DNA from: a virus
DNA: 64,000 bases
Virus record (IMG/VR): IMGVR_UViG_3300017989_000071
Coordinates: 32,001-96,000 of that record
Direction: 5' to 3' (one strand)
A program made the translations under genes and the position numbers. This document shows positions 1 to 9,529 of this stretch, in pieces. The notes beneath the pieces were generated by a model. It searched no databases and was not told where the DNA came from. It saw only the letters and a program-made list of their open reading frames with translations. The number at the start of each line of letters is the position of its first letter. Position 1 is the first letter of the stretch.

Positions 1-578
1 TCATCTTCCTGCTCCAGCCCCGCCTTGCGCTTCATCCGTCCAAGCTGAGCATTAAGCACAGCCCCCGAGCTTCGGATCGACTCAATCGTTGGGGACGGCG
101 GACCGCCACTCTTCGCCAGCTTCGCCATCGCCACAGCCCACGCCTCGTGCAGCTCGGGGGAGACCCCGAAGCGACCCGAGGCGATCCGAATGATGAAAAA
201 GTGCGCGAGCTCGTGGTACACGTAATCGTCCGACAGGTCGCAGAGATAGATTCTGATCGGCCCATCGCTGCTCGGGACCGTCATGCCGTACATGTCGTAG
301 TGCCCGAGCGGGTTACCGAAATTCAGATTCAGCCAACCCCGACCGACGAGGTTGATCTCGACCCCTTCGTACTTGACCATCGTATGACCGTAGGCTGCCA
401 TCCGGGTTGCGTGGATGAACCGCTCGAAGAGGATGTCGAGACGTTTGATGTACTTCTCCTTCATCCCCTGCGGGTACTTCACGGTGAAATAACGGGTCTT
501 CATCGTCTCGGTCACCTCGCCGTTCGGAACCGCCCGCTCGATGCCGAAGACCTCCTTGAACCATTCCCAAACCCTCAT
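1..578 (-). CDS. HEXXH zinc-metalloprotease-like protein (3' end runs off window)
   Basis: Not in ORF track; translated by hand from ATG 578: MRVWEWFKEVFG...YVYHELAHFFII...LHEAWA; its ATG overlaps the stop of the upstream gene (ATGA). Confidence 0.6.
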   Translation of the reverse strand, partial: MRVWEWFKEVFGIERAVPNGEVTETMKTRYFTVKYPQGMKEKYIKRLDILFERFIHATRMAAYGHTMVKYEGVEINLVGRGWLNLNFGNPLGHYDMYGMTVPSSDGPIRIYLCDLSDDYVYHELAHFFIIRIASGRFGVSPELHEAWAVAMAKLAKSGGPPSPTIESIRSSGAVLNAQLGRMKRKAGLEQED

Positions 579-976
579 CGCTTCGTCTCCCGGTCCACCT
601 CGGAAAAGAACAGCCGCAGCAGCTCGGTCACCGCATCCTCTCCGAACTCCCACATCTGCGCCTCGGCCTCGCGGCTCCAATTCGCCCGCAGTCCCCGGCC
701 CTGCATCTGACCCAACAGCGCATCCACCTTATCGTTTTTCTTCCCCATCACCGCTGACGAGAACTCGGCCTTCCACACCCCGATGTCGAACGCCTCGACA
801 TTCACCGCCGGATTCGGCTCCGGAGCCGTCTCCCCGGCGACACGTTCCAACCCCGCGATGTTCACCGCCGGGATCGAACCGCACTTCGGGCACAGCAGCG
901 TCCCGACATCATCGCCACATCCGGCGCAGGACACAACCCGCGCCACCGTACCGCACTGCGGACACTTAGCGTGCAT
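575..976 (-). CDS. Zn-ribbon hypothetical protein
   Basis: CPQC, CAGC and CPKC pairs; coupled to neighbours. Confidence 0.65.
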   Translation of the reverse strand: MHAKCPQCGTVARVVSCAGCGDDVGTLLCPKCGSIPAVNIAGLERVAGETAPEPNPAVNVEAFDIGVWKAEFSSAVMGKKNDKVDALLGQMQGRGLRANWSREAEAQMWEFGEDAVTELLRLFFSEVDRETKR

Positions 977-1739
977 GATAAGCTCCTATAATCGACTCGA
1001 TAGCCTGCATCTGATCCGCCGTCGGCATCGCAGTCTTCGGCCACGTGAATAACTTCGGGGGATGCCCCTCGTAAGGCAACCCAACCGGAACGACCATCTG
1101 ATCGGCCTTCGCCGCATGGTACAGGCGACGAAGGTTCTCGCGCAGCGCGGTCTCCAAACAATCCGCATCCCATGTGAAATTCTGGACCGCAGTAGAAAAC
1201 GAAATCGAGACCACCACACGTACCTTGCCACACAGGTCCGAAATCAGAATTTGTAAAGGGCGAAACCACATAATCGCATCCAAGAGCTGTTGGGGAGAAA
1301 CCTTGCCCTGCTCCTCCAATTCCCCTATAGACTTTTTGACCCAACTATCGAGATGTTTGAGGTAGTCGCGGGTATCGGATGGAGTGAAGACCGGGGCGTA
1401 ATCCACACACACCAGTCGGTTACCGATGTACCCGTAGTTATCCGGATTCTCGTCCTGCGCTACCGGAACGTCGGCGAAGAACTCCCGAACCCCGATCTCC
1501 TCCACCTCGGACTCGGAATGGAGAACACGATCCACCCTCCGCATCACGAGAAAAAGACCAAGAGGAGCGCAGAACAAAACCGGGCACAGCCTCTCGTCAA
1601 AGCCCGACCACAGCCGTTCGTCCATGTTCGCAACCATCCCGAGGCAGAAGCGTCTCCAGCCATGACCGAGATGGGGAAGCTTAATTGCCCATCGGCCAAC
1701 AAGGATTACAACCCTCGATGCACCGCTCGTAATCTTCAT
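966..1739 (-). CDS. minimal protein-kinase-like domain plus unknown C-terminal domain
   Basis: Start re-called at MKITSGASRVV (ATGA overlap); AIK lysine, DENPDN catalytic-loop-like motif, VDYA as DFG equivalent. Confidence 0.5.
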   Translation of the reverse strand: MKITSGASRVVILVGRWAIKLPHLGHGWRRFCLGMVANMDERLWSGFDERLCPVLFCAPLGLFLVMRRVDRVLHSESEVEEIGVREFFADVPVAQDENPDNYGYIGNRLVCVDYAPVFTPSDTRDYLKHLDSWVKKSIGELEEQGKVSPQQLLDAIMWFRPLQILISDLCGKVRVVVSISFSTAVQNFTWDADCLETALRENLRRLYHAAKADQMVVPVGLPYEGHPPKLFTWPKTAMPTADQMQAIESIIGAYHAR

Positions 1740-2011
1740 CCCTTGTCCTCTTTTTTCATCCGCCGCTCTTTTGCATCTTCGGCTGACGAGATATGCCACT
1801 CGCAATCCCCGTGCGCCGGGCAGTACCCTTCGCCGTCCTCCCCGCCCGGCTCGGGGCAGGGAACCTTGTATCCCGCCTCGCAGTGTATGATCGAGTCGCC
1901 GCAGCAACACGCCATCAGATCGTCGATCTCGCACCCACATTCCTCCCCGGCCAGACCGTCGTAATCGTTCTCGATCAGATACGCCTCGACAATCTCTTTC
2001 ACGCTAGGCAT
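1736..2011 (-). CDS. Cys-rich hypothetical protein
   Basis: MPSVKEIVEAYL...ECGCEIDDLMACCC; overlapping start/stop. Confidence 0.55.
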   Translation of the reverse strand: MPSVKEIVEAYLIENDYDGLAGEECGCEIDDLMACCCGDSIIHCEAGYKVPCPEPGGEDGEGYCPAHGDCEWHISSAEDAKERRMKKEDKG

Positions 2012-2486
2012 CGCTGACTCCCTTCGTCCTCTCGGCCAGCAACCCCCTTCTGATCTCGGCACGATTGATCGGCGCGTCCGGATCGAGCTGCGGCTCGATC
2101 TCTCCGTGACTCGGCCAGAACCCTTCTCGGTCCGGGGTCCGGGAGGTAGGCGGATGAGGGTCGGCAGCAGCGTCGGGTGGGGGTTGGGAACCCGACGCTG
2201 AAGAGGGTGTGCCGTTTTTATCCGCCCACCTCCCGGCCTTGATGAGCTTCTTCAAACCCCGGCCTTGACGCGGACCTTGAAACCAACCCTTGTACGGCCA
2301 GAAGTGAAACTTATGGCCCTGCATCGTTCGGACCTCGAAGCTCTTGTCGTCGGGACCGGCCCCCACACGCCACCCCAGCTCTTCGAGCTCGCGCTTGGCG
2401 TTCTGCATCCGGCCATCCTCTTTCCGGCCCCGCCGCTGCCTCGCCTCACGGCGCATGAACCGGAAATCGTCTCCCATATCCCCCAC
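2004..2486 (-). CDS. hypothetical protein
   Basis: MGDMGDDFR...FHFWPYKGWF; operon packing. Confidence 0.55.
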   Translation of the reverse strand: MGDMGDDFRFMRREARQRRGRKEDGRMQNAKRELEELGWRVGAGPDDKSFEVRTMQGHKFHFWPYKGWFQGPRQGRGLKKLIKAGRWADKNGTPSSASGSQPPPDAAADPHPPTSRTPDREGFWPSHGEIEPQLDPDAPINRAEIRRGLLAERTKGVSDA

Positions 2487-2488
2487 GG

Positions 2489-3103
2489 CTACTTCCCAAC
2501 CCCGAGATGTTCGGCGACGATCCCCGCAAGCGCATCCGCGACGACCTGCTCCTTCGGTCGTTTATCGAAGAAGCTGATGTACTCCAAATGCTTCTCGGCC
2601 TTCGGGGAAAGGACCAGACCTTGCGTCTGCTCACGAGCGCACAGCACGCAGGTCTCCTCACGGGTTTCCGGATGCCGGAAGGCCACCCACCCCTGCGACT
2701 CGCTGCGGTGATAACGCAGATGATGAAACGAATGCTTACCGTGGCGGCAGCATTCCGCTTTCGCCCAAAACAGCTCCAAGTCGGGGGAGATGCCGTACTC
2801 TTCGTAGATCGCCGCAATCGTCTCGGCGTCTATCATCCCCGCCTTTTCACGGCTATCCCCGGCCACCTCCCGCAGACAGAAAACGCACATCCGAGCACTC
2901 AGGTAGTAAACCGAACGCTCGCCGAAACGATGCGACTCATCGTCGCAAGGAATATCGTAGACCAGCTTCGTCCCCTTCTTGACCCAATCGAGCTCGGGGG
3001 GATACTCACTCCGGCGGATCACCTCCTCGCTCATCGGCTGCGACTTGGGGATCGCTTTCCCCTTCGGGTTCGTCCGTAACGGTGTCGGTTTCGCTGTCTC
3101 CAT
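2489..3103 (-). CDS. hypothetical protein
   Basis: 204-aa ORF with Cys pairs, packed in operon. Confidence 0.55.
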   Translation of the reverse strand: METAKPTPLRTNPKGKAIPKSQPMSEEVIRRSEYPPELDWVKKGTKLVYDIPCDDESHRFGERSVYYLSARMCVFCLREVAGDSREKAGMIDAETIAAIYEEYGISPDLELFWAKAECCRHGKHSFHHLRYHRSESQGWVAFRHPETREETCVLCAREQTQGLVLSPKAEKHLEYISFFDKRPKEQVVADALAGIVAEHLGVGK

Positions 3104-3443
3104 TTTTCGGTTCCTTCTTGCAAGTCATGTGTAACGTGAATGGTTCCACGGTCTCGATCCCACTGTCCTTGACCGAGACCGGGTACATCGAATCAGGGTC
3201 GATCCATTCCCGGATCAGCAGCTCCCGGATGCACGAGGGCCGCCCGCATGTCGTATACTCCAGACCACCGGAACGCCGAAGAACCACCCGGTTACCGGAT
3301 GCGAGGATCGGCATCCCACAGATTTCGCACCGCTCGGGACAGAGAGCCATTTTCAGCGTCTCCAACCACCTCAGAAGGCTCCGAGGTAGGGCCAAGCCCT
3401 CCGGACCGCTCACGGCCCCGCTCCTTTGCGATTTTGGGGTCAT
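3006..3443 (-). CDS. hypothetical protein (CxxC)
   Basis: Start re-called at MTPKSQ (ATGA overlap); CEICG motif. Confidence 0.4.
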   Translation of the reverse strand: MTPKSQRSGAVSGPEGLALPRSLLRWLETLKMALCPERCEICGMPILASGNRVVLRRSGGLEYTTCGRPSCIRELLIREWIDPDSMYPVSVKDSGIETVEPFTLHMTCKKEPKNGDSETDTVTDEPEGESDPQVAADERGGDPPE

Positions 3444-3613
3444 TTGGACTTCTTCCGGGGTGCCCGAGGCACCTGTCCGGTGCCGTTGCAGATTCGGCAG
3501 CACGCGAGGGGCCGCTCCCAGCCCTTACCCGGAACGAAGGTCTGCTTCTGGGGGTCCGGCTCCCGGCCAGTCCCCTTACAGGTCGGACACTTCTTTTTCA
3601 ACGCTGTTCCCAC
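3440..3613 (-). CDS. small DnaJ-type Zn-finger protein
   Basis: GTG 3613 with GGAGGAG SD; CPTCKGTG...CRICNGTG. Confidence 0.55.
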   Translation of the reverse strand: MGTALKKKCPTCKGTGREPDPQKQTFVPGKGWERPLACCRICNGTGQVPRAPRKKSK

Positions 3614-3885
3614 TCGAACTCCTCCTCTCCGGTAACGACCGCCTCGTGAAGCGGCCCGTCTTGGAGATTGTTCTGATCCCACACCCACTTCGTGACGTAC
3701 CCCGAGAAACGATCCCCCTCGATCCGCACGTCTTCCGTCTGCGACTTCGGAACCCACGTCGCCCGGCCCTCCTCCCGGTCCACGTCGTCGGCCTTACCGC
3801 CCTCGATCCCAATCAAGTAGGCCAGCGGCGACTCGTAGAACAGGTGAGCGTCAGTCACTTCCCAATATGCTTTCATCCTCGGCAA
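3598..3885 (-). CDS. hypothetical protein
   Basis: ESPLAYLI...WVPKSQ pattern often seen in small phage beta-proteins. Confidence 0.55.
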   Translation of the reverse strand: MPRMKAYWEVTDAHLFYESPLAYLIGIEGGKADDVDREEGRATWVPKSQTEDVRIEGDRFSGYVTKWVWDQNNLQDGPLHEAVVTGEEEFEWEQR

Positions 3886-3894
3886 GGTATCCTC

Positions 3895-4554
3895 CTATCC
3901 GTATGCGTAGCCATCGATTTTAATGTGGACCAGCGGAATGTGGTGAAGCCGGTGATCGTCGATCTTGAAAATTCGCCCACAAGGTTCGATGCTCCCCGTC
4001 GGAAGACCCGACAGCAGCGAATCGTTCACCGGCCAGACCTCGCAACCGATGCACCCCTGATGAAGCTCCCCAAGTCCGGGAAGCAAGGGGAACGGCCCGA
4101 AGACGCCGACACAACGAACCCCCAGCGGAGATTGGTGGTCTTCCGTGGGGTCCGAATTGTGTATCGCGATCCCGGCAAACGTGGTATGCTCCACACCGCG
4201 CCAGTAAGGCACATACGCCCCGGTCCCGATATAGCGACCGACGAGGTTCCCCTGAAAAATCTGAACACCCTCGCGGACGTAACCCGAGGAGTGCGACCCC
4301 GCTTCCCACTTCCGCTCCTGACCGGCCTTCGCCGGTTCGGGCATGAACACCGCATCGGGGTCCATCGGCCCGTTGACCAGCTCCGTTTCGAGTAGACATC
4401 GGTTGGAAGGAATCGGGAGGCGTTCGTGATTGTTGCCCTGTATCGTATGTATCGTACCGCACTTGAACTGGCGACCGAACAGGCGCGAGGCCACCGCCAC
4501 TCCCGCACCGCACAGCGGGCATCGCTCGGAAGGTTGATCGTCGAAAGGATTCAT
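3895..4554 (-). CDS. hypothetical protein
   Basis: AAGGAG SD; directly downstream of promoter 4590-4617. Confidence 0.5.
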   Translation of the reverse strand: MNPFDDQPSERCPLCGAGVAVASRLFGRQFKCGTIHTIQGNNHERLPIPSNRCLLETELVNGPMDPDAVFMPEPAKAGQERKWEAGSHSSGYVREGVQIFQGNLVGRYIGTGAYVPYWRGVEHTTFAGIAIHNSDPTEDHQSPLGVRCVGVFGPFPLLPGLGELHQGCIGCEVWPVNDSLLSGLPTGSIEPCGRIFKIDDHRLHHIPLVHIKIDGYAYG

Positions 4555-4589
4555 TGCAAGGCTCCTTCGTTGTTGAAAAACGTACTCCT

Positions 4590-4617
4590 ATTATACACCG
4601 ATTCAAGTACGTGTCAA
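4590..4617 (-). promoter_or_regulatory. sigma70-type promoter, shared CGTACT class
   Basis: TTGACA-CGTACTTGAATCGGTG-TATAAT (16-nt spacer). Confidence 0.75.
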
Positions 4618-5312
4618 GGCTTTTCTTCCTCCCCCCGAAACTCGAAGAATCCAGTCATCTCGGGGTGGTTTCTAATTAGCAACTTCGCATATCGCCGGAC
4701 CATCGTATTGCTGATCTTGAAACGGCCCGGACCATGGAGATCGGTATGCCAGCGGATCACGTGCATAATCGCCCGCGCACTGTACCTCTTCCTCCCGGTG
4801 TTCCACATCTCCAACGCCAGCCGCTCGAACTCCCGATAGATTTCGGGACGCCGATGATGATACATCGCGAAGGCCACATCGTGCTTTTCCGAGCCGACGC
4901 CGGGAATATAGACGCTGACCAGATTCCCCTCTTCCTCCATCGTTTCGATCATGTGGGCGGTCCCTTTACTCTTCCCGTCCCAGATCGCAATCAGACAATT
5001 CGCGTACTGCGCCATCTCTTCATTGCGGATGAAACCCGCCCGCTTTCCGTAGGTATCCCAATCCGCATGGAACACCGTAACGGGTATCCGGCACTTCACC
5101 GCCCACTGCGCCCCGAGGCGATCCACACCCCGCGCACCACCGCACACCACTTCGAGGATTGGGTGAACCAGACGCGCCGACTCCACCGCCTCGCCGACAA
5201 CAGACAAGTCCGTGATCGAGCGGCTACCGGCAATGATCGCCTTGTACCCCCATCGGTTCGGATGCTCGAAGCGCGACGGGATCACACCTAATGGGTCTTG
5301 TGGGTTTTCCAT
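4614..5312 (-). CDS. SLOG-family (DUF2493/YspA-like) protein fused to a C-terminal helical domain
   Basis: IIAGSR, CGGARGVD, ADWDTYGKRAGFIRNEEMA, IWDGKSKGT motifs. Confidence 0.8.
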   Translation of the reverse strand: MENPQDPLGVIPSRFEHPNRWGYKAIIAGSRSITDLSVVGEAVESARLVHPILEVVCGGARGVDRLGAQWAVKCRIPVTVFHADWDTYGKRAGFIRNEEMAQYANCLIAIWDGKSKGTAHMIETMEEEGNLVSVYIPGVGSEKHDVAFAMYHHRRPEIYREFERLALEMWNTGRKRYSARAIMHVIRWHTDLHGPGRFKISNTMVRRYAKLLIRNHPEMTGFFEFRGEEEKP

Positions 5313-5638
5313 TCTTCCAAAAACTTCTCGACTGACTCGACCATCTCATTGTCGTGCGACGATGCAAGGAAATCGCGGGCGATGTTTTCGATCAGATGCT
5401 CCAAGTAAGCCTCGTCCTTCATTGTCTGTAACATCTCCGGTCGGATTACGTGCCGGATCGCCAAACCTCTACCTCGGGTTGGCTGAATCGTCACCTCCCA
5501 CGGAGACCACGGATCGGGAACCCCGTCCGGGTTTACCCGAGACATGTGCGGAGAAGGCCCAACACGAATCTCGTACCCCTTCCGCAGCAACCAGCCAACG
5601 AAGCTGGCGAAACCAATCGGGTGACGCTTAACGCTCAA
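5288..5638 (-). CDS. hypothetical protein
   Basis: 116-aa ORF coupled to neighbours. Confidence 0.5.
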   Translation of the reverse strand: MSVKRHPIGFASFVGWLLRKGYEIRVGPSPHMSRVNPDGVPDPWSPWEVTIQPTRGRGLAIRHVIRPEMLQTMKDEAYLEHLIENIARDFLASSHDNEMVESVEKFLEEWKTHKTH

Positions 5639-6297
5639 AACTTCTTCCCATGCTTGTACGGACGGGTCCGGTTATACTTCATCTTCTCCAGCAACGCCTC
5701 GGCGACCCTCCACCCTCGGGAGTGCGTGAAGTCCAGCAGCCGAATAATCGCGTCGGCCACCTCCTCCTCGATCCCGTGGAACTCGGGAATTTTGTCCGAA
5801 GCCACATCGAGACGCAACGCTTCCAAACCTTCGGCGAGCTCGCTGACAACCAGCATCAGCATCTCCCCGTCGTTGCGCTCCTCTTCCCACCACCCCTTCT
5901 GGACGGCGTTCTCGTGGATCATCAAGGAAACCTTATTTGTCACATCGACAAACTTTTCAGCCAGCTCGGGATCGGGCAGGAGATCGTCCTGACCGGCATC
6001 CAAGCAGGGCTTAACCGGCTTGCCGAGCTCGCGCCGTTGCTTCTGATCCTCGACGGCTTTCGCATAGTCCCCCGTCTTGTGAATCATCACAACCAGACAC
6101 GTCGAGCAGTAGTGCCGAATCGTATCGTAAGCGGGATTGTGGTAGGCACCTTGCGGCTCCTCCCCCTCCTTCCGGCTGTTCACCGAAAAGCGAATATCGA
6201 AATCCAGACCGGAGATGACCTGAACCGGAATAGGGTCTCCGGGAACCGCATCCCCAATTTCGCAGCCGCAGCGGTTGCAGTGAATCTTAATCGACAT
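5635..6297 (-). CDS. Zn-finger plus MazG-like NTP pyrophosphohydrolase
   Basis: SELAEGLEALR...EEEVADAIIRLLD...KMKYNRTRPYKHGK; N-terminal CNRC/CSTC. Confidence 0.8.
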   Translation of the reverse strand: MSIKIHCNRCGCEIGDAVPGDPIPVQVISGLDFDIRFSVNSRKEGEEPQGAYHNPAYDTIRHYCSTCLVVMIHKTGDYAKAVEDQKQRRELGKPVKPCLDAGQDDLLPDPELAEKFVDVTNKVSLMIHENAVQKGWWEEERNDGEMLMLVVSELAEGLEALRLDVASDKIPEFHGIEEEVADAIIRLLDFTHSRGWRVAEALLEKMKYNRTRPYKHGKKF

Positions 6298-6784
6298 TGT
6301 GAGCTCCTTGTTCCGTAAAGATAATTCCGCAGTGATCGAACAAAACCTTTTCCAGCCGCTCGATGATCGGAGACGTTCTCGGGAAGTTGTAACCGAGAAC
6401 CATCTGCTTCCGTAGGTCCATCAGGTCACCAGCCAACGTCCCTTCGGGGGGAACCAGCATGATCCTCCCGACAATATCTTCCAACCGGGCAACCCGCTCT
6501 TCGAGTCCTCCCCGTGGCTCGGCCTTCGGAGCCGCAGGTTTTTCAGGCTCAGTAATATCGGCAGGTTGAGACACCGTATTTTTCCACCGGACAACGACGT
6601 TCCTCCCATCGTACCCCTTCTCGATCTTACCGTCGCCCTCCAACTTCCGGATAACATGAGAAACCTGATTGGAGGAAAGGTCGAGGTTCCGCCGGATGTC
6701 GGCCTGCCGAACCGGATCGGGACGATGCGCAAGGATAATATCCTGTACCGCCAGCTCGATCTCTCCGTGCTTACGGCCCTTCAT
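6287..6784 (-). CDS. winged-HTH DNA-binding protein
   Basis: RQADIRRNLDLSSNQVSHVIRKLEGDGKIEK (MarR-like wHTH). Confidence 0.6.
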   Translation of the reverse strand: MKGRKHGEIELAVQDIILAHRPDPVRQADIRRNLDLSSNQVSHVIRKLEGDGKIEKGYDGRNVVVRWKNTVSQPADITEPEKPAAPKAEPRGGLEERVARLEDIVGRIMLVPPEGTLAGDLMDLRKQMVLGYNFPRTSPIIERLEKVLFDHCGIIFTEQGAHNVD

Positions 6785-7338
6785 CGCTTCCCCGCAATCA
6801 ATTCATACAGCCTCGGAGTGTACGACGTAATCGACCGCCCCGTCGCTATCGTCTTCATCCGACCGCACATCTCACACCACAGGATACGCTGACCCCCTGC
6901 CTCTCCGAGATCGAGCATCTTCCGGTCGCCGCATCCACACAGCGCATCCGAGCGAACAAACGGGTCCACGCCGTCTTCCAGATCAGTGATCTCGTAGTTG
7001 TCCGGGTCGATCAAGCGCACCGGCTTCCCGAGCCGCCGCGCCAACGCGAGCTCGGCACGCACCCCCTTGGAATCCTCCCATCCCGAAAGAGCAACGATCA
7101 GCAGTACATCGCAGAAGGCGATATACTCCTCGTCGAACTGACCCCAAAAACTCCAGTCACCCGGCAACTTCCCGATCACCGCCATTGGATGAGTCATTGA
7201 GATCGGAGAGAAGACATTCCACCGATGCGTTTGAATCAGATGAGCCGCCACGCGATTCACCGTCTCAAAAGAGAGCTGCGGGTCAGCTGTGTACGGAATT
7301 GCCAGATAGACCCGGAGAAGCGGCGTTGGAGACGCCAT
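6781..7338 (-). CDS. DUF1937/nucleoside-2'-deoxyribosyltransferase-like protein with C-terminal Zn finger
   Basis: VYLAIPYT, VFSPISMTHP, GWEDSKGVRAELALARRLGKPV; start re-called at 7338. Confidence 0.72.
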   Translation of the reverse strand: MASPTPLLRVYLAIPYTADPQLSFETVNRVAAHLIQTHRWNVFSPISMTHPMAVIGKLPGDWSFWGQFDEEYIAFCDVLLIVALSGWEDSKGVRAELALARRLGKPVRLIDPDNYEITDLEDGVDPFVRSDALCGCGDRKMLDLGEAGGQRILWCEMCGRMKTIATGRSITSYTPRLYELIAGKR

Positions 7339-7799
7339 CAGACCACCTCCCCCTTCTCCAACAGCTTCCGCATCACCGAAGAAAAGGTCCGAGGCTCCAA
7401 CCACCCCACCACTTCGGCACGGATCGGAAACTTGGAATTTTCGGTATTCTCAATCACCGCCGGAACGCCGTCCAGAACCGACAAAGTACCTAGGGGTGTC
7501 TTCACCGACCAATCCAGCTTCCCCCGAACCGGATAGTGCTCCAGCACGTCCGCCAGTAGATCAATCTTATCCGTGTGAACGTCGAAGCGTAGATGGAAAC
7601 GACCAGTCGGGGGTTTCCATCTACGCTTCGACGGCTTACGCCCCAACGACTTCAGGCATCGAAACGCCAATTCCAATTCCACCTTGTTCGCAGGGAATAC
7701 ACCGACATTCGTTTCGATACCGTCGAACGCCACCTCCCCCGACGGAAACACGATCCGCGCCAGCGATCCAACTCGGCTGATTTTGATGTCGTGGCCCAC
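7338..7799 (-). CDS. hypothetical protein
   Basis: 153-aa ORF, TGATG coupling. Confidence 0.5.
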   Translation of the reverse strand: MGHDIKISRVGSLARIVFPSGEVAFDGIETNVGVFPANKVELELAFRCLKSLGRKPSKRRWKPPTGRFHLRFDVHTDKIDLLADVLEHYPVRGKLDWSVKTPLGTLSVLDGVPAVIENTENSKFPIRAEVVGWLEPRTFSSVMRKLLEKGEVV

Positions 7800-7811
7800 G
7801 CTTCACCCTCT

Positions 7812-7922
7812 CTATTTTTCGTAGATGATCCGACCAACCTCACCGAGAACGACGAGGCCGACCAGAATACCGAAAAACACAGCCAGACGGGATAGACCGG
7901 CAAGACCGCCCGCGCTAAGCAT
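7812..7922 (-). CDS. small membrane protein (36 aa)
   Basis: MLSAGGLAGLSRLAVFFGILVGLVVLGEVGRIIYEK; fills intergenic gap. Confidence 0.45.
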   Translation of the reverse strand: MLSAGGLAGLSRLAVFFGILVGLVVLGEVGRIIYEK

Positions 7923-8109
7923 CGGACTGCGACCTGAGAGGCTTCCGATGTGCCACCCGGCGAAGAACAATGTCTTTCGCGGATACCCGATGAATCTTCA
8001 TCGGCATCCCGAGGAACAGTACAACGTCCCCCACCTTCGGGGTATGAGTCGGGGGTGCGCTGGGATTCGGATACGTCCGTTTTCCCTGTGGCGGTTTTTG
8101 CTCGGCCAT
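7915..8109 (-). CDS. hypothetical protein
   Basis: 64-aa ORF, KVGDVVLF motif. Confidence 0.5.
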   Translation of the reverse strand: MAEQKPPQGKRTYPNPSAPPTHTPKVGDVVLFLGMPMKIHRVSAKDIVLRRVAHRKPLRSQSDA

Positions 8110-8118
8110 CCTTTACTC

Positions 8119-8322
8119 CTAGTCCAATAAAATCTGCGGGGCCGGTTTTCCGGACTCTTCCTTGTTCGTCGGGCACGAGGGGTTGATACACTTCCGACCC
8201 GCAAACCCTCGAACCGCTTCGGCGGCCTCGACCTCACTGTCGTAGCCGTCCACAATAATCTTCCCGCACTTCTCGCAAGCAATGCAGAACGATCCCTGTT
8301 TTTTCACATAGTAATTATTCAA
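8119..8322 (-). CDS. small Zn-finger protein
   Basis: TTG start; CEKC...CINPSC. Confidence 0.45.
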   Translation of the reverse strand: MNNYYVKKQGSFCIACEKCGKIIVDGYDSEVEAAEAVRGFAGRKCINPSCPTNKEESGKPAPQILLD

Positions 8323-8671
8323 GGCGTTCGTCCTCCTTGATCGTCGCCTCGTTCTCCTCCCCACGCCGCAGACTCTCACTCCAATGGAGCTGGCAGTAGT
8401 GCGCCATCTTCAGGATTTCCCCGCCCTTCCCTTTCCCATTGAGCATCCTGACCACATACTTCAGGATGTTCCCGAGGAAGAAACTGACCGGAACGAAGCG
8501 GGCCACGTCGATCTCGACGGTGCCGGTTTTATACTTGTCGATAGTCGAGGCCCGAATGTACTCCTCCATCTTCGCGGAGAACTGCCGCCACTCCAAGATG
8601 CGGGGATGCTCCTCACGCACCCGCAACGGATTCTTCGGGACCGGATGGGTCGCCTTACGCGCCATCGTCAA
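8315..8671 (-). CDS. DUF3310-like protein
   Basis: FFLGNILKYVVR...EILKMAHY pattern. Confidence 0.5.
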   Translation of the reverse strand: MTMARKATHPVPKNPLRVREEHPRILEWRQFSAKMEEYIRASTIDKYKTGTVEIDVARFVPVSFFLGNILKYVVRMLNGKGKGGEILKMAHYCQLHWSESLRRGEENEATIKEDERLE

Positions 8672-8904
8672 CTACCTTCGACGAGCTTCTGATGCTCGTA
8701 CTTGTCCTTGACGTTTTCGTTGAGGAACTTCCCGCTGGACGGGGAGAGAGCCAGCCGCATCGCTACCGATTCCACAACCCCGTGGTAAACGTATCGACCG
8801 CCGTTGTTGAACACCACCATCAGATCGCCCAGCGGATTGTTCGCTGCCGACTCCGTAGGCTCCCAGCCCACCGAGTCGATATTGGAACTCTGCACTTTAA
8901 TCAT
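8668..8904 (-). CDS. KTSC-domain protein
   Basis: VQSSNIDSVGW...VVFNNGGRYVYHGV...SPSSGKFLNENVKDKY. Confidence 0.85.
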   Translation of the reverse strand: MIKVQSSNIDSVGWEPTESAANNPLGDLMVVFNNGGRYVYHGVVESVAMRLALSPSSGKFLNENVKDKYEHQKLVEGS

Positions 8905-9529
8905 GTCTCGCTCCTCGTCTGTTGATTAACGCTTTGCGCACCTCGACGCACGGATGATCCTCGCACTCGCCCCAACGCACGTCGGGGCTATGGTACTCCC
9001 GGTGATATGACTCAGCCATCCACCGCTGAACCTCGTCCGGGCGGATGCCGACATAGGCCGAATCCTGCGGGGGAAACCCCGCAACCTGCGGACGGATGAA
9101 ACCACGCTCGAAGAGCTCTGCGAACAGGGGACCGAGATCGGTCTTCCCGGCATCTCCACTGAGCATCCCCCGTTCGCCGAGAAGTGCATAGAACTGACGG
9201 AGCAGATCGAAACCGAGATCGACCGCATCGGGAGAGATGAATCCGGGTTTGTCGTCGATCCAGATGTCCACGGGATACCCCGCCGCAATCGCCGCCTTCT
9301 CTTTATACATCGCCCCGGCGAAAACAGTCGGAATCCGGCTCCCAACCAGCGACCGCACCTCGGCTGCGGGATACGGAGTATCGTCCCGGTCCTCCCGGCC
9401 TGTGACCAGCACCGCCGAATGTCCGCGCTCCAGAATCGCGTCAAGGATTCGGTGAAACAGCCCCGGACAGGCGGCAAAGGTGCCGTCGAAGTCGATCCCG
9501 AATCGAACCTTTTCCGTCGCTTCGCTCAA
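8897..9529 (-). CDS. HAD-superfamily hydrolase
   Basis: GIDFDGT (motif I), LVTGR (motif II), WIDDKP (motif IV). Confidence 0.72.
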   Translation of the reverse strand: MSEATEKVRFGIDFDGTFAACPGLFHRILDAILERGHSAVLVTGREDRDDTPYPAAEVRSLVGSRIPTVFAGAMYKEKAAIAAGYPVDIWIDDKPGFISPDAVDLGFDLLRQFYALLGERGMLSGDAGKTDLGPLFAELFERGFIRPQVAGFPPQDSAYVGIRPDEVQRWMAESYHREYHSPDVRWGECEDHPCVEVRKALINRRGARHD

